DNA of 64,000 bases, from positions 15,687 through 79,686 of the forward strand of contig JBHIFL010000004.1 in assembly GCA_046761065.1 (NCBI GenBank). Reading direction: 5' to 3'. The notes beneath the pieces were generated by a model. It worked only from the letters and a program-made list of their open reading frames with translations. It was not told where the DNA came from and did not search any database. Shown piece by piece: positions 39,312 through 49,853 of this stretch. Made by a program: the position numbers and the translations under genes. Position 1 is the stretch's first letter. Every line of letters starts with the position of its first letter. This DNA comes from Candidatus Heimdallarchaeota archaeon (lineage in GTDB: Archaea > Asgardarchaeota > Wukongarchaeia > Wukongarchaeales > JBHIFL01).

Positions 39312-41006
39312 CTACAAATGTAAAAATGCTTTAATCTGATCTGAAATTCCTTCAATCTTCCGATGAAGAGTCTCACAAGCTTGTTCGGTCCCAATATAGA
39401 TAACAGCTACTGTTTGAGTCAGTTTCCGAATTACTCCTAAATTCTTGTTAGTTTGCTCCCGTTCCCAGATCTGGATTGGGTTTAGGATTTCCGCGTGCTT
39501 CATAGCTTCGATGACGGCTTGTTGAATGTTCTGATGCTGCTCGGGAGCGCCTCCGATCATAACAAGCTCCTCATTGCTCTCAAGGTCAATGAGCCCTACA
39601 GAATTTAAGTTAAAGTTAGTTTTAATGTCCTCTAAGTACTCAATGAGCTTGATGGCTCGAGATAACTCCTCCGCATCTTCTACAGATACTTCCTTCTCGA
39701 GTTGTTCACTCCATTCAAATAAATCCGTCATGTCCTCTAGTATGCTAACCCTGGAAGGCGGCGCTTCTTCAAGTGATTCACTTTCTTCCATGACTGTTGC
39801 AGCTTCCTCGTCAAGTAACTGATAAGCTGCTGAAACCTCAGTCTCAGTGAGTTCGTTGGGTAAAATCGTCTCAGATGGAACAGGGATCGCTTCTTCTGTT
39901 TGTTCAGTAATAATTTCATCTTCTTTCTCAAGTGACCCTAAGGCTTCTGACTGCACATCAAGTTCTTTAGTAGGATGTAATTGGGCAAGCGAGTCTTCAT
40001 CAATATGCTCTTTAACCTCTCCGACAACTTTTGAAAAGTCTTTTATGAACTCAATATCACCGAGTCTCCCCCAACGTGCTGTAGGGGGCTTCGCTTCAAT
40101 AGGAGAGGGATGAGATTCAGGTTCGGGAATTTCGATGATTTTTTCCATTTCAGCTCGGGCTGCTTTTAAAAAGTCTTCGCGAGAAAACGTTTCAGCAGAA
40201 ACAATGGTAGATTCCTGCGGAGATGGAGGAGGAGACGGTGTTAGGGATTCGTATCCTTCTATCTGTTCTGGTTGTTCTTGAATTGTAAGAGCTACTGGTT
40301 CCTTTTTACGTTTTAGATGGATCTGACCATCGTCAGCCTCTGTGGCCAGTCGAGGTTGAACTAAAGGCACTTCTGCTTTTTCAGTGGGGATAGATGGGAC
40401 AATCTGGAGTTCTGGTTCGGGTTTGACAGGGGAACCCACAGGGGGAACTTGCGAGGTCGCAGGGCTTGATGTAGCAGGGATAGGTGGTTTCACGACCGGC
40501 TTCGCAATCTTCCGTTTGGCAACTAGAGATAAGGCACCTCTGATCTTTAAGATTTTACTGAAGGCACGTTTGATCGAATAATCTTGGGCTGATGTTGAAA
40601 CAATTAATGCCTTTCCCCGTTTCCTACGAAATTTCTTTGCACACGTTGCTAGGAAGTCTCTCTTGTGAATTGGATCGACAAATTGATCTTTTTTGTGAAC
40701 CAAAATAAGAATTATGGTTTCTGGCGTGTGTTTTTCGATTGCTTTATCGAATTTCGTGAAAAAATCTTCTTGGAATCGAAGTTTAGTCGGTTCCCGCTCA
40801 CAGCTGATAACGAAGACGGGGATGGTGGTTTCCTTTAAGGTATCAGCGGAGAGGATCTTTTTTACCCGATTTTTTGAAAGGTCAAGACATAAGATATTGT
40901 TCTCATTTGGGGTAAAATATTGCGGGAAAAACTTGTGAAGGGCTTTTCGAATGGTTTTTTTCCCGCTGCCTTTTATACCAACTAAGAGAACACGTTCTGC
41001 ACTCAA
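39312..41006 (-). CDS. Divergent Rag-like GTPase (G3 lost) with long acidic/Pro-rich linker
   Basis: VLLVGIKGSGKKT, VHKKD, STSAQD; the DxxG position reads DLSK. Confidence 0.7.
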   Translation of the reverse strand: MSAERVLLVGIKGSGKKTIRKALHKFFPQYFTPNENNILCLDLSKNRVKKILSADTLKETTIPVFVISCEREPTKLRFQEDFFTKFDKAIEKHTPETIILILVHKKDQFVDPIHKRDFLATCAKKFRRKRGKALIVSTSAQDYSIKRAFSKILKIRGALSLVAKRKIAKPVVKPPIPATSSPATSQVPPVGSPVKPEPELQIVPSIPTEKAEVPLVQPRLATEADDGQIHLKRKKEPVALTIQEQPEQIEGYESLTPSPPPSPQESTIVSAETFSREDFLKAARAEMEKIIEIPEPESHPSPIEAKPPTARWGRLGDIEFIKDFSKVVGEVKEHIDEDSLAQLHPTKELDVQSEALGSLEKEDEIITEQTEEAIPVPSETILPNELTETEVSAAYQLLDEEAATVMEESESLEEAPPSRVSILEDMTDLFEWSEQLEKEVSVEDAEELSRAIKLIEYLEDIKTNFNLNSVGLIDLESNEELVMIGGAPEQHQNIQQAVIEAMKHAEILNPIQIWEREQTNKNLGVIRKLTQTVAVIYIGTEQACETLHRKIEGISDQIKAFLHL

Positions 41007-41504
41007 TTTCTGCCATCCCGTGCATCCACATTAATATTAACCGGGAGAACTTTCACCGAAGCATCTGAAGAGTTCATTATGATACTAAATGTAACTATCT
41101 CATGCCTTGATTTCAAGTAAAGGTGTTTTCCAAGAAGAAAATAGTAAATAAACCATCTCCTGAATAACCCATACAAGTATGATAATTAAGGTTTCTGGTA
41201 TGCGGGTTCTAAGTTCGGGGCACGAAAAAAAATGGTTTTAAGAGTTTTAGCGTTAATTATAATTTGAAATGTATAATAACCAAGAATCAAAAGAGGAGAT
41301 CTAAAGAGGGAATGGAGGAATTTATTATAAAATAGCAAAGATAGTTTGACACCATTCCACAATCCTCTCGCACATCTTTCGATTGGGAACGAATATAGGT
41401 CAAAAATTGAAATATCTTTTTTTCCCCCAACTAGGAAAAAGTACACCCTCAGTAAGCCTTCATAAGACATGAAATATCCTAAATGAATCCCAAACATTTT
41501 TACC

Positions 41505-43631
41505 CTATCTGGATTTCTTTTGGGCAAAAAAACTATTAATCTCACCTAATGTTTTGGAAAACCGGGCTCGTTTGCCTGGAAACGTAATATGCCGTATGAG
41601 CCAGGGACTTAGTCGGATTCGAATAGGATGCGAATAATAACGGGCATCCAGAAGAAATCCTAGAGCGAAGTCATCTTTATGTCTCCAGACACGCCCTAAG
41701 GTCTGGTTGACGGCTCGGACTGCTTCATCCATGTACCACCGCCACCCCATTTTCACTTTTGGAAATTTCGTCTCATAGTACTCTTGTTGAGCCTTGATTC
41801 GAGGGTCAGATAAATCAGGATAGGGAACTCCTATAATTAGAACCGCCCGACCTGGCGCATCTGGGAAATCCACCCCCTCGGCCAGCGTCCCCCGACAGAC
41901 CGCAAAGAGAATGGCACGTTGCTTTTGGGCCGTCTCCTTATATTCGTTGATCAGCTTTTTACCCTTATACGAGCTTTCGAAAAAAAGGGTAGCATCTTGA
42001 GCAAGGGAATCAAAAATCCCACCTCGTTGCCAAATAGAAAGTAACCGAGCCATCAATGTATAACTGGGAAAGAAGACCAATGATCCATTCGGGACGCGTT
42101 TGATGATTAATTCTACTGTTTTTCCATACCCGTAAGCTATATGGGGATCTTTTCGGCGAGTAAATTTTGTTGACAATGGGATCCCTCGTGTCCCCGTTCC
42201 CAACGCGAATATTCTGATATTAGCGGGGGTCACAATTGAGGAATAACTTCGAGTTTCTGCTTGAGGAATTTGTAAAAATTTCGCTATGCTTTGCATAGGT
42301 GAAAGAGTCCCACTCATTAACACGACGGCATGGGGATCTCGCTGCAGAATCTCAGTGAAAGCTCGTGAAGGATCAAGACACACCCAAGACAGTTGGGTTC
42401 CGTGTTTTTTTCTTTCAAGAAACCCAATGAAAGGTTCTGCCGGGTCCTCAATCAGCGTTCTAAAAAATGTTAAAACTTCATAGGATTTCATTAACTTTAC
42501 AGGGAAATTGTGTCCTCGCTGAGATACCAATTCTTTTCGAGTAGCAGTGAAGTCCTCCAAACATGTTTGTAATGTCTTAAAGAAATCGACTGGAAGCCCA
42601 AACTTAGTAAACAAGTCGTAAAGCTCATATTTCTTAACAATTTGGATTGTATGTGGTTTTAATTGTTGGAAGACATCCAAAAATTCTTTTAAGATTTCCA
42701 ATAAGTTCAATGCGGAGAATCCCGCACAAAAGCTCAACTCTTGAATTGCCTCTTCAATTCCCACTTCGCTGATGACAAAGGAATATACATCCTTACAGAC
42801 CTTCTCAATGTTGTGCGCTTCATCAAATACGAGGATGTTCTTCCAAATAGGAAGATCACTAATGAACAGGTAATTATAAGCGCTTATGATGATTTTCCTA
42901 TGCTGCGTTAAGAGTTTTGAAAGAAAGTATGGACAAATCCGGTTCTCCTTCCCAAACTGAACCAATACATCTATATCAGCAACTTTTGGAACATTTATGG
43001 GGGCTTTCGCAGGTAGTTCAATTGGAACTCTGGTGTTCTTACAAACTAACCGCCTTTTTTCTTCCAAATCTTCTTCGAAAAAGGTATCAAGCCTTATCTT
43101 GTTTTCATTCATATATTCAGTTATCTGAGATTCTTTGATTTTTACTGGAAGTAATCCAGCGATACATTTCTCGATTGCTTCCTGTTCCTTACACTTCCGA
43201 ATCTCTGGAACCAGACATAACCAACGTCGGGATCCTCGAACCACACAGTCAAGGGTTAGTCCTTTTGTTTTATTGATTCGACGGATTTCTTTTGCGACTT
43301 GAGCCATCTGGGTGTGGGTACGTGTGAGATAAACGATCCGCTTCCCACAAGGAAGAAGAGCCGCTAAGGCTGCCGCAGTTTTCCCAAAACCCGTGGGGGC
43401 CTCAAAAAGCCCAATCCGGTTTGGATTCTCGATTTCATTTGAGTTAATGAGGTGATCAAGGTCTTTCATGAAGAAAAGTTGATCTGGATAGGGATTGAAT
43501 GGAAAATACAACCTAAAGCGGCCTAGCTGAGCGTTCAAGTTTTGTGTTTTTTTTATTTCGTGCTCCAAAGTATGTTCCTCATGAAGTCTCAGCTCACCAA
43601 GAGGGTTGGCCTTATAGTATTTTGAAACCAA
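41505..43631 (-). CDS. xpd: XPD/Rad3/DinG-family Fe-S helicase
   Basis: FPFNPYPDQ Q-motif, EAPTGFGKT, LTRTHTQ, Fe-S cysteines including CPY, DEAHN, SGTL, EGVDF, QTLGRVWRH. Confidence 0.92.
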   Translation of the reverse strand: MVSKYYKANPLGELRLHEEHTLEHEIKKTQNLNAQLGRFRLYFPFNPYPDQLFFMKDLDHLINSNEIENPNRIGLFEAPTGFGKTAAALAALLPCGKRIVYLTRTHTQMAQVAKEIRRINKTKGLTLDCVVRGSRRWLCLVPEIRKCKEQEAIEKCIAGLLPVKIKESQITEYMNENKIRLDTFFEEDLEEKRRLVCKNTRVPIELPAKAPINVPKVADIDVLVQFGKENRICPYFLSKLLTQHRKIIISAYNYLFISDLPIWKNILVFDEAHNIEKVCKDVYSFVISEVGIEEAIQELSFCAGFSALNLLEILKEFLDVFQQLKPHTIQIVKKYELYDLFTKFGLPVDFFKTLQTCLEDFTATRKELVSQRGHNFPVKLMKSYEVLTFFRTLIEDPAEPFIGFLERKKHGTQLSWVCLDPSRAFTEILQRDPHAVVLMSGTLSPMQSIAKFLQIPQAETRSYSSIVTPANIRIFALGTGTRGIPLSTKFTRRKDPHIAYGYGKTVELIIKRVPNGSLVFFPSYTLMARLLSIWQRGGIFDSLAQDATLFFESSYKGKKLINEYKETAQKQRAILFAVCRGTLAEGVDFPDAPGRAVLIIGVPYPDLSDPRIKAQQEYYETKFPKVKMGWRWYMDEAVRAVNQTLGRVWRHKDDFALGFLLDARYYSHPIRIRLSPWLIRHITFPGKRARFSKTLGEINSFFAQKKSR

Positions 43632-43916
43632 ACCGGATCAACAAAATGACCAGTAGGATTCGATTGCTCAGCGAAAAAATCTGATTAGGATCAAGAGCAT
43701 TCATTTCATCCCCCAAATCTAGTAGAATAGATCGGCCAATGGATCGACCCTTTTATACAATTTTTCTTTCAAAGCGAAATAGCCGCTGATAGCTTTATAT
43801 CTTCGTCTCAACCTCCAAGGAACCTCTTTTACGATCTTTCACAAAAGAATCGCGTTATCCTTTTTTAGATTTAAAAGATAATATATTGAAGTCTCAAAAA
43901 GCAATGAGGTAAAGAA

Positions 43917-44900
43917 ATGACATCTGATATAGAATTGATTGATCAAAAAATTTTAGAGTTGCCAGGAGTCGGTCCATCGACCGCGAGAAGACTTTTTGAT
44001 GCGGGTTTTGGAACGATCGAGTCAATTGCTGTGGCATCCATAGGCGAACTTAGTGCCATCGCAGATATTGGCGAGAAAACCGCCGGTAAAATCGTTGAAG
44101 CGGCGCGAGGAGTTCTCAATTTTTCCTATGAATGGGCTTCCGTTTGCGATGAACGTCGGATGAATATTGATAAGATCACTACTGGGAGCAAGAGCTTAAA
44201 TGAGGTGCTTGGTGGGGGAATTGAAACTGGAAGTTTAACAGAATTCTTTGGCGAGTTTCGTACTGGGAAAACCCAGTTGGCTCATCAAATTACCGTGAAT
44301 GTGCAACTTCCTCGCGAACAAGGGGGACTCGATGGTGCTGCACTGTGGATAGATACAGAGAACACGTTTCGGACAGAACGACTTAAATCGATGGCCGATA
44401 AAGTCAAGCTTGACCGCCAAGAAGTGCTTGATTCGATCTTAGTTGTAGACGCGTATAACAGTGATCATCAAATGCTTCTTGCCGAGCAGGGCCCAGCAGA
44501 CTTTCGCAAACTGGCGCAAGAAGCGGGGTTGAACAAAGGACTACGACTTATAGTTGTAGACTCACTGACGAGTTATTTCCGAGCGGAGTATGTTGGACGT
44601 GGCACACTTGCTCCTCGCCAACAGAAACTGAATAAACATGTCCATACGTTGCTCAAGCATGCTAAAGCCTTGAATCTCGCCATTGTAGTGACAAACCAAG
44701 TCATGGCAAAACCGGAAATGATGTTTGGTGACCCAACTGCACCCATAGGAGGGCACGTGGTGGCGCATGCCGTCCAAACACGTGTGTACCTGCGTAAAAG
44801 CAAAGGCCAGAACCGAATTGCAAGAGTTATCGATAGTCCACACTTACCTGAAAGCGAAGCTGCCTTCAAAATCACCACTGCAGGAATTGAAGACATCTAG
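43917..44900 (+). CDS. radA: DNA recombinase RadA
   Basis: N-terminal HhH LPGVGP, GEFRTGKTQ, IDTENTFR, VDSLT..FRAEY.GRG.LA.RQQKL, TNQV, DSPHLPE. Confidence 0.98.
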   Translation: MTSDIELIDQKILELPGVGPSTARRLFDAGFGTIESIAVASIGELSAIADIGEKTAGKIVEAARGVLNFSYEWASVCDERRMNIDKITTGSKSLNEVLGGGIETGSLTEFFGEFRTGKTQLAHQITVNVQLPREQGGLDGAALWIDTENTFRTERLKSMADKVKLDRQEVLDSILVVDAYNSDHQMLLAEQGPADFRKLAQEAGLNKGLRLIVVDSLTSYFRAEYVGRGTLAPRQQKLNKHVHTLLKHAKALNLAIVVTNQVMAKPEMMFGDPTAPIGGHVVAHAVQTRVYLRKSKGQNRIARVIDSPHLPESEAAFKITTAGIEDI

Positions 44901-44917
44901 TATACCATCAAAATTGT

Positions 44918-44949
44918 AAAACGGGGTTTTGAGGGAATCTCCCGTTTTT
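44918..44949 (+). terminator. Hairpin with T-tail downstream of radA
   Basis: AAAACGGG (44918-44925) ... CCCGTTTT(T) (44941-44949). Confidence 0.5.
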
Positions 44950-45292
44950 AGTAAGGTTGGCATATTCTGTGGAATAGGTTAGACTCGGATCTCTCTCACC
45001 CTTAATTCTTCTCCCTTCAAAGAGCGGATTATCTCAATTAGCAAGTTCAGATTTACAATAAATAAGAGGACAGGAGTATCAGCCCATAGTTAGAAAAGTA
45101 AAACCAAGATGTGATATTCTTTCTGATCCAACGCCTTCGTTGTCTCCACCATATCCTTGATATCGGTTCGAACTTGCTTGTTTGGCCTCTTCCGCATTTT
45201 GAAGTCGGTTTGGGAAATAAGGAACACCTCCTTATTATGTTATTCCTAAAATCCTTAAAAAAAAGAAGGGAGGGATTTATGGGGCACTTTGT

Positions 45293-46351
45293 TCATTTAT
45301 CCGCACAAAAGACGCGAGCTCGTGCATCTATTCGTAACTTGAAGTTGGTTCCTTGAAACCAGCTCTCGAAGGTTGTACTCGAAGGCACTCCCGGTCCGCC
45401 TAGCACCCTAATACAGGTATTCACATGAGGATTGTAGTCTGGTTCAGAGAAGAGCGCACATCCGAAAAACTTCCCTGGAGAGTGAAGAATCTTGTCAATG
45501 AGAGCAATTGTAGGCTGTTGTCGCTCTTTGGGAATGTAATGTAGCGCGTGGGACACGAATACCCCATCAAAGACAACTTTATTCCTTGGATCCCCGAGAA
45601 TATAGGGCTTCAAACCTGGAATACGTTTTCGTGCTAGTTCCACCACACCGGGGGTTGGGTCATATCCATAAAGTTCGCACTCGATTCCATGAGAGTTGAG
45701 ATACCCTTGGATCTGGAGCCCACTAAAGCCAGTACCACAGCCAAAATCAAGAACCCGGAGTGGTTGGTCTTTGATTCTACCTATATTCGCAAATTTGGCA
45801 AATTCAAATGCTCGCTGACGATCGTTAATGTAAAAACTGCACCCAAGAACCGCATCCCAGGCTTCTGCGTTCATCGGACTGCCTTGCGGGACCCCAAGCA
45901 GCACCTTGTCTAATCCCGCGCGAAAAAGTTTCACGAACACTGGAAAACTTTGCCCAAAGTCCTGAGGACACTCATTCAGCAGGTAATCCAAGGTTGTCCC
46001 GATCGGAACGGGTTTCACAAACTGTAGATTCTCGCCTTCTTTCTCGACAAAGTCTGTTGTGGCGACACAGTCCAGTGCCTCTCGAAAGAGGTCTTCGCTC
46101 TTCACGTTGAAAGCTTGTGCCATATCGGTGATGTCATGAGCTTCACCGATGCCCCAACCTTCATGTTCGAATTGAGCCCATAACCATTCCGCTACAATCC
46201 GCACAAATGTCCCATCCATGGATAAGGTTTCCTGATGAACCTCATCAAGGGGTAGGAAACGACCAGTGAGAGTTGGTATTGCGGACTCTATGGTTCGTTC
46301 AACCATATGAAGTTCACCTCTTAAGATTTCTGTGGAGGGATGAGACTTCAC
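45293..46351 (-). CDS. Class I SAM-dependent methyltransferase
   Basis: VLDFGCGTG, GYD, FDGVFVSHALHYI. Confidence 0.88.
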   Translation of the reverse strand: MKSHPSTEILRGELHMVERTIESAIPTLTGRFLPLDEVHQETLSMDGTFVRIVAEWLWAQFEHEGWGIGEAHDITDMAQAFNVKSEDLFREALDCVATTDFVEKEGENLQFVKPVPIGTTLDYLLNECPQDFGQSFPVFVKLFRAGLDKVLLGVPQGSPMNAEAWDAVLGCSFYINDRQRAFEFAKFANIGRIKDQPLRVLDFGCGTGFSGLQIQGYLNSHGIECELYGYDPTPGVVELARKRIPGLKPYILGDPRNKVVFDGVFVSHALHYIPKERQQPTIALIDKILHSPGKFFGCALFSEPDYNPHVNTCIRVLGGPGVPSSTTFESWFQGTNFKLRIDARARVFCADK

Positions 46352-46517
46352 TTTATAAAGTTTGAAGCCTTATATAGTATTGACCCTAAAATTGCTGAAC
46401 CACGAGTTTCCTTGAAAAAACCAATTAAATGAGGTACTCCAAGAAGAATATAGCGTTTCAGGTGAAAAAGCAAACCCTGAGAATATTAAATACCACTAAA
46501 GAAGAATAGGATTCTGA

Positions 46518-47516
46518 TTAATCAGGGAGCGGAGGTAACCTTAACCGCCAATTCAGATCGGGAGGGTTAATAGTTTTTTCAAATTCAATTCCACCTGCTT
46601 CGAACCCTGATTCCACCATGATACAATGATGTTTCATTGTCTCAAAAATCCGTTCAGGAATTTTTTGTATTTTCCAGACACCTTGCTGTTTCTTAGATCC
46701 ACTTACAACATGCTCAACCGCTAGCAAACCTTTTCTATTCCCTAGATTCATATACAAAAGAGATATGCTTTGGCTCATAACGGTATTCAAAACTGATAGA
46801 GGGAGTTCTGATGAATTCCCGCGAAGTAATTGATAGAAGGAGAGGAGACGAGATGTTTTCTTGTTAGCCAACATAAGTAAACCCTTTTCAGAATCTTGTA
46901 AGGTGGTACCTTCCAACGATTCGAGCTGTAAGAGTGGATATGATGTCTTTTTTGTGTGTTTGGTGCTTTTTCTTTGTTTTAAGGAACGAAAACCATGTGT
47001 GATGCCCAGACTTGTATAAGAAGCAAGAAGGAAACTACTGGGAACATCATAATTGGCATATAAAGCGATTCCGAGTCCTATAATAAAGATAGAAACGCTT
47101 AGCATTCCTGTGGTAATATCTCGCACTTGTTTTTGTGGTTGTGCTGATTCTGGTCCGAATGGGGCTTCTTGTTGAATATCTTGAGCTTTTGATTCCGATG
47201 CGTCTCTCTCTAGTGAGATTAGGTCCGCTCGTCTGTCTGCTGTAACTTGCCCTCTAACTTGGATCTGGTCGGCATATACCGCTAGATAGAATATTGTCGA
47301 ATGGGACGGCTCATTAGGCCTCCCATGGGGCACTTCTACCGAAAAAAGACCACCTTTTAGGTTGTTTATCATCTCTCCCATATCAACCTTGATCTGGAGT
47401 TTCTCCTTACAGCGATTACAGATCGCGAATACGGTTGTTTTTCTTGGTTGTACGACATTTTTACCTTTACTAGCATTCTCTAAATCCGCAGATGTGTCCC
47501 GAATTACAATATCCAC
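46518..47516 (-). CDS. Hypothetical membrane protein with N-terminal CxxC...H...H zinc site
   Basis: CNRC...PHG...H, two TM helices; overlaps the upstream gene. Confidence 0.75.
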   Translation of the reverse strand: MDIVIRDTSADLENASKGKNVVQPRKTTVFAICNRCKEKLQIKVDMGEMINNLKGGLFSVEVPHGRPNEPSHSTIFYLAVYADQIQVRGQVTADRRADLISLERDASESKAQDIQQEAPFGPESAQPQKQVRDITTGMLSVSIFIIGLGIALYANYDVPSSFLLASYTSLGITHGFRSLKQRKSTKHTKKTSYPLLQLESLEGTTLQDSEKGLLMLANKKTSRLLSFYQLLRGNSSELPLSVLNTVMSQSISLLYMNLGNRKGLLAVEHVVSGSKKQQGVWKIQKIPERIFETMKHHCIMVESGFEAGGIEFEKTINPPDLNWRLRLPPLPD

Positions 47517-48166
47517 TCCTCTTTACCACCTTGTTCATTATGTGTTGCTGCCCAATAAACTAGATAACCCATGATGGCGGCCAACACCGCCCCTCCCATC
47601 GCTAGAACCTCAAGATGATCTTGTTTGAAGGGCTGTAATGCACCAAATGACTGCCTTAAAACAGTGGCAAAGCCAAGTACCCCGCAAAAACATACCCAGA
47701 CTGCGGTAATGACGGCTTCGGCCTCCCCTTGCAGAAAGTTGGCGATATCTTGGGAGCTGGGAGCTGCATAAGATAACGTTGAAATGCCCAACAAAACAAA
47801 AATGATGCCAAGCAACCAGAATCCTACAGCCAACAAATAATTCGCAGTTATGAAAAAGGATCCCCCAATCAGCCAACTAAATAATAACGGAGAGATACCA
47901 ATAACAAACTGTTTCAGGGGGTTCAGATCTCCCGGATCAGTGATAACATACCCTTTTAAGAAGTTTATTTCACGAACTGAAACTCTTAGCAGTTTACTGA
48001 CCGCTGCATGTGCTGTTTCATGAACAATGACCCCAGGAAAGAAGAATGCCTTTTTTACTGATTCAAAGGGAATTAGGGCAGTGATAATCGCGCGGAGTAA
48101 GGCCGAGATAACTATTAAGAGAAACAGCGATGTTAAGGCGGATGGAAGGACAAACTCTTCAAGCAA
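47504..48166 (-). CDS. M50B-like membrane metalloprotease
   Basis: FFPGVIVHETAH, GYV, SPL, PSSQD; multiple TM helices. Confidence 0.8.
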   Translation of the reverse strand: MLEEFVLPSALTSLFLLIVISALLRAIITALIPFESVKKAFFFPGVIVHETAHAAVSKLLRVSVREINFLKGYVITDPGDLNPLKQFVIGISPLLFSWLIGGSFFITANYLLAVGFWLLGIIFVLLGISTLSYAAPSSQDIANFLQGEAEAVITAVWVCFCGVLGFATVLRQSFGALQPFKQDHLEVLAMGGAVLAAIMGYLVYWAATHNEQGGKEEWIL

Positions 48167-49102
48167 CTAGAGCATAACCCCTAAGTCATGATCCATTTCA
48201 AAGTCTTCTTCCTCAGCCGCTATTTCTTCGATTAACACCTGCGTGTAGGCATCTCCGATCTTTTCCGTTAGCTGTTTTCTACGATGAAGAAAATTCAAAG
48301 TGATCCCCAGGAATGCGAATAATAAAAAAGTCTTCAGAATAAATATTGGCAATACGTGCTCCTTCCATGCTTTAAGAGGTCGAAAAACCACTGGTCCAAC
48401 CGTCATGAGTTGTGATTCGTTTGATACCTTGGATTCGCCCCCTATATCCTCATCAGGAAAGTCTCTGGATCTCTCGTTAGGAGTTTCCTCACTGGATTGT
48501 CCCTCTGATTGAGTCGTAGTTCCATGGGTCGAAGCTTCGATTGTGAGCAGTGATGTCGGAAGCACTTCAAACGTTACGCGCTCATTTACACTCATTGCAT
48601 AGAAAGTCGCTTGGATTGTGAGAGTGAAGTTGGAATCTTCGGGAATACTCTCAAGATACTTAGATCGTTGAATAATTTCCTCATACAGAGTTTTGGTTAC
48701 TGGAGGCAGCAAAGTCGCGGTTCCAAGAGATTCGTTGGCAACCTTTGCCGTTAGCTGATAACCAAACGTGGGGATAGGAGAAAAATCCCTTTGTGTCGTG
48801 GTATTGTGCCTCGTATGGAGCGTCACGGTGACAACACCTGCTGCGATAGGTGAGTTGATCGGTTTCTCCACAGTGACATTATAACTACCACTATGATCAG
48901 CTACCAGCTGGCAATCAAAATCCAGTTCTTGAAATGTTCGGGTGAAATTTTGTGTCTGAATAAATATGTGACTTACAAGAAGTTTATTTTCAGCATAATA
49001 ACGGGAATCTACTCTAGTGTGGAACCCTGTAAGTGCGCATAATAAAATGATGACAGTCATAAAGCATAATAGCTTTGGTAACTTCATGTGAAACTTCCTC
49101 AC
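48167..49102 (-). CDS. Secreted/membrane-anchored hypothetical protein
   Basis: N-terminal signal, beta-rich body with NxT sequons, C-terminal TM helix followed by HRRK. Confidence 0.78.
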   Translation of the reverse strand: MRKFHMKLPKLLCFMTVIILLCALTGFHTRVDSRYYAENKLLVSHIFIQTQNFTRTFQELDFDCQLVADHSGSYNVTVEKPINSPIAAGVVTVTLHTRHNTTTQRDFSPIPTFGYQLTAKVANESLGTATLLPPVTKTLYEEIIQRSKYLESIPEDSNFTLTIQATFYAMSVNERVTFEVLPTSLLTIEASTHGTTTQSEGQSSEETPNERSRDFPDEDIGGESKVSNESQLMTVGPVVFRPLKAWKEHVLPIFILKTFLLFAFLGITLNFLHRRKQLTEKIGDAYTQVLIEEIAAEEEDFEMDHDLGVML

Positions 49103-49474
49103 CTTTCATTATAGATCGCTTTTTAATATTCCAATGATTAACTTCCCATACGTCAGTAAAGATTTTAAGCGAACTAGTGCTTTCCATAGATCCTAAAAGC
49201 AACAATCCAAGAAACATAATCTAGAGTCTCATATGATCATTATAACATGTATTACAATTAAATCAGATCTAAACTCTTTACAATACAAATAGAATAAACA
49301 CGGATCGGATTTTCTAAATATTAAGCTCAATATAAAGTTACTAATAAGTAACTGCTATCTTTATAAGACTAAATGTTTTAAATAATATAAAATTACCACC
49401 CGAATCAAGTGTAGTTAGAAGATTTGATTGGCCAGCAGAAGAAGTATTTATAAACTTATTAGAGGTAGAAGCCA

Positions 49475-49723
49475 ATGAACACATCTACGGAGTTCTCAGA
49501 ATTGAAGGATAAATTGCCTCCCTCCGCGAGAGAGATCTATCAAATTCTTGCAGCTGAAGAAAAAGGATTAACAACCAAAGAAGTATTGAACCGCGTGGAT
49601 TATGCAAGCCGTACAGTTCGATATGCTCTCAAAAGACTTTTATCAGTGGGACTTGTCCGAAAAATCCCCTATTTGTTAGACATGCGGCAATCCAAGTATT
49701 TGGTTTTGAAATCAAAAACGTAA
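49475..49723 (+). CDS. Small winged-helix transcription regulator
   Basis: LPPSAREIYQIL...LTTKEV...SRTVRYALKRL...D.RQ..Y. Confidence 0.88.
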   Translation: MNTSTEFSELKDKLPPSAREIYQILAAEEKGLTTKEVLNRVDYASRTVRYALKRLLSVGLVRKIPYLLDMRQSKYLVLKSKT

Positions 49724-49853
49724 TGTAAGGAAAATTTCATAGTTATTTTTTCAGCATGTGGTTCGTCATTTTGAATCGTTGTTCCACACGATTCAATGCT
49801 CTTGTCAATTCTTAACCTTTAGATTGGAATAAATAGGGATTACACCCTTATGG

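Noticed and set aside
43612-43704. 30-aa hydrophobic ORF (MNALDPNQ...FKIL) upstream of the XPD-family gene
   Set aside because: Too short to support without homologues or ribosome profiling.
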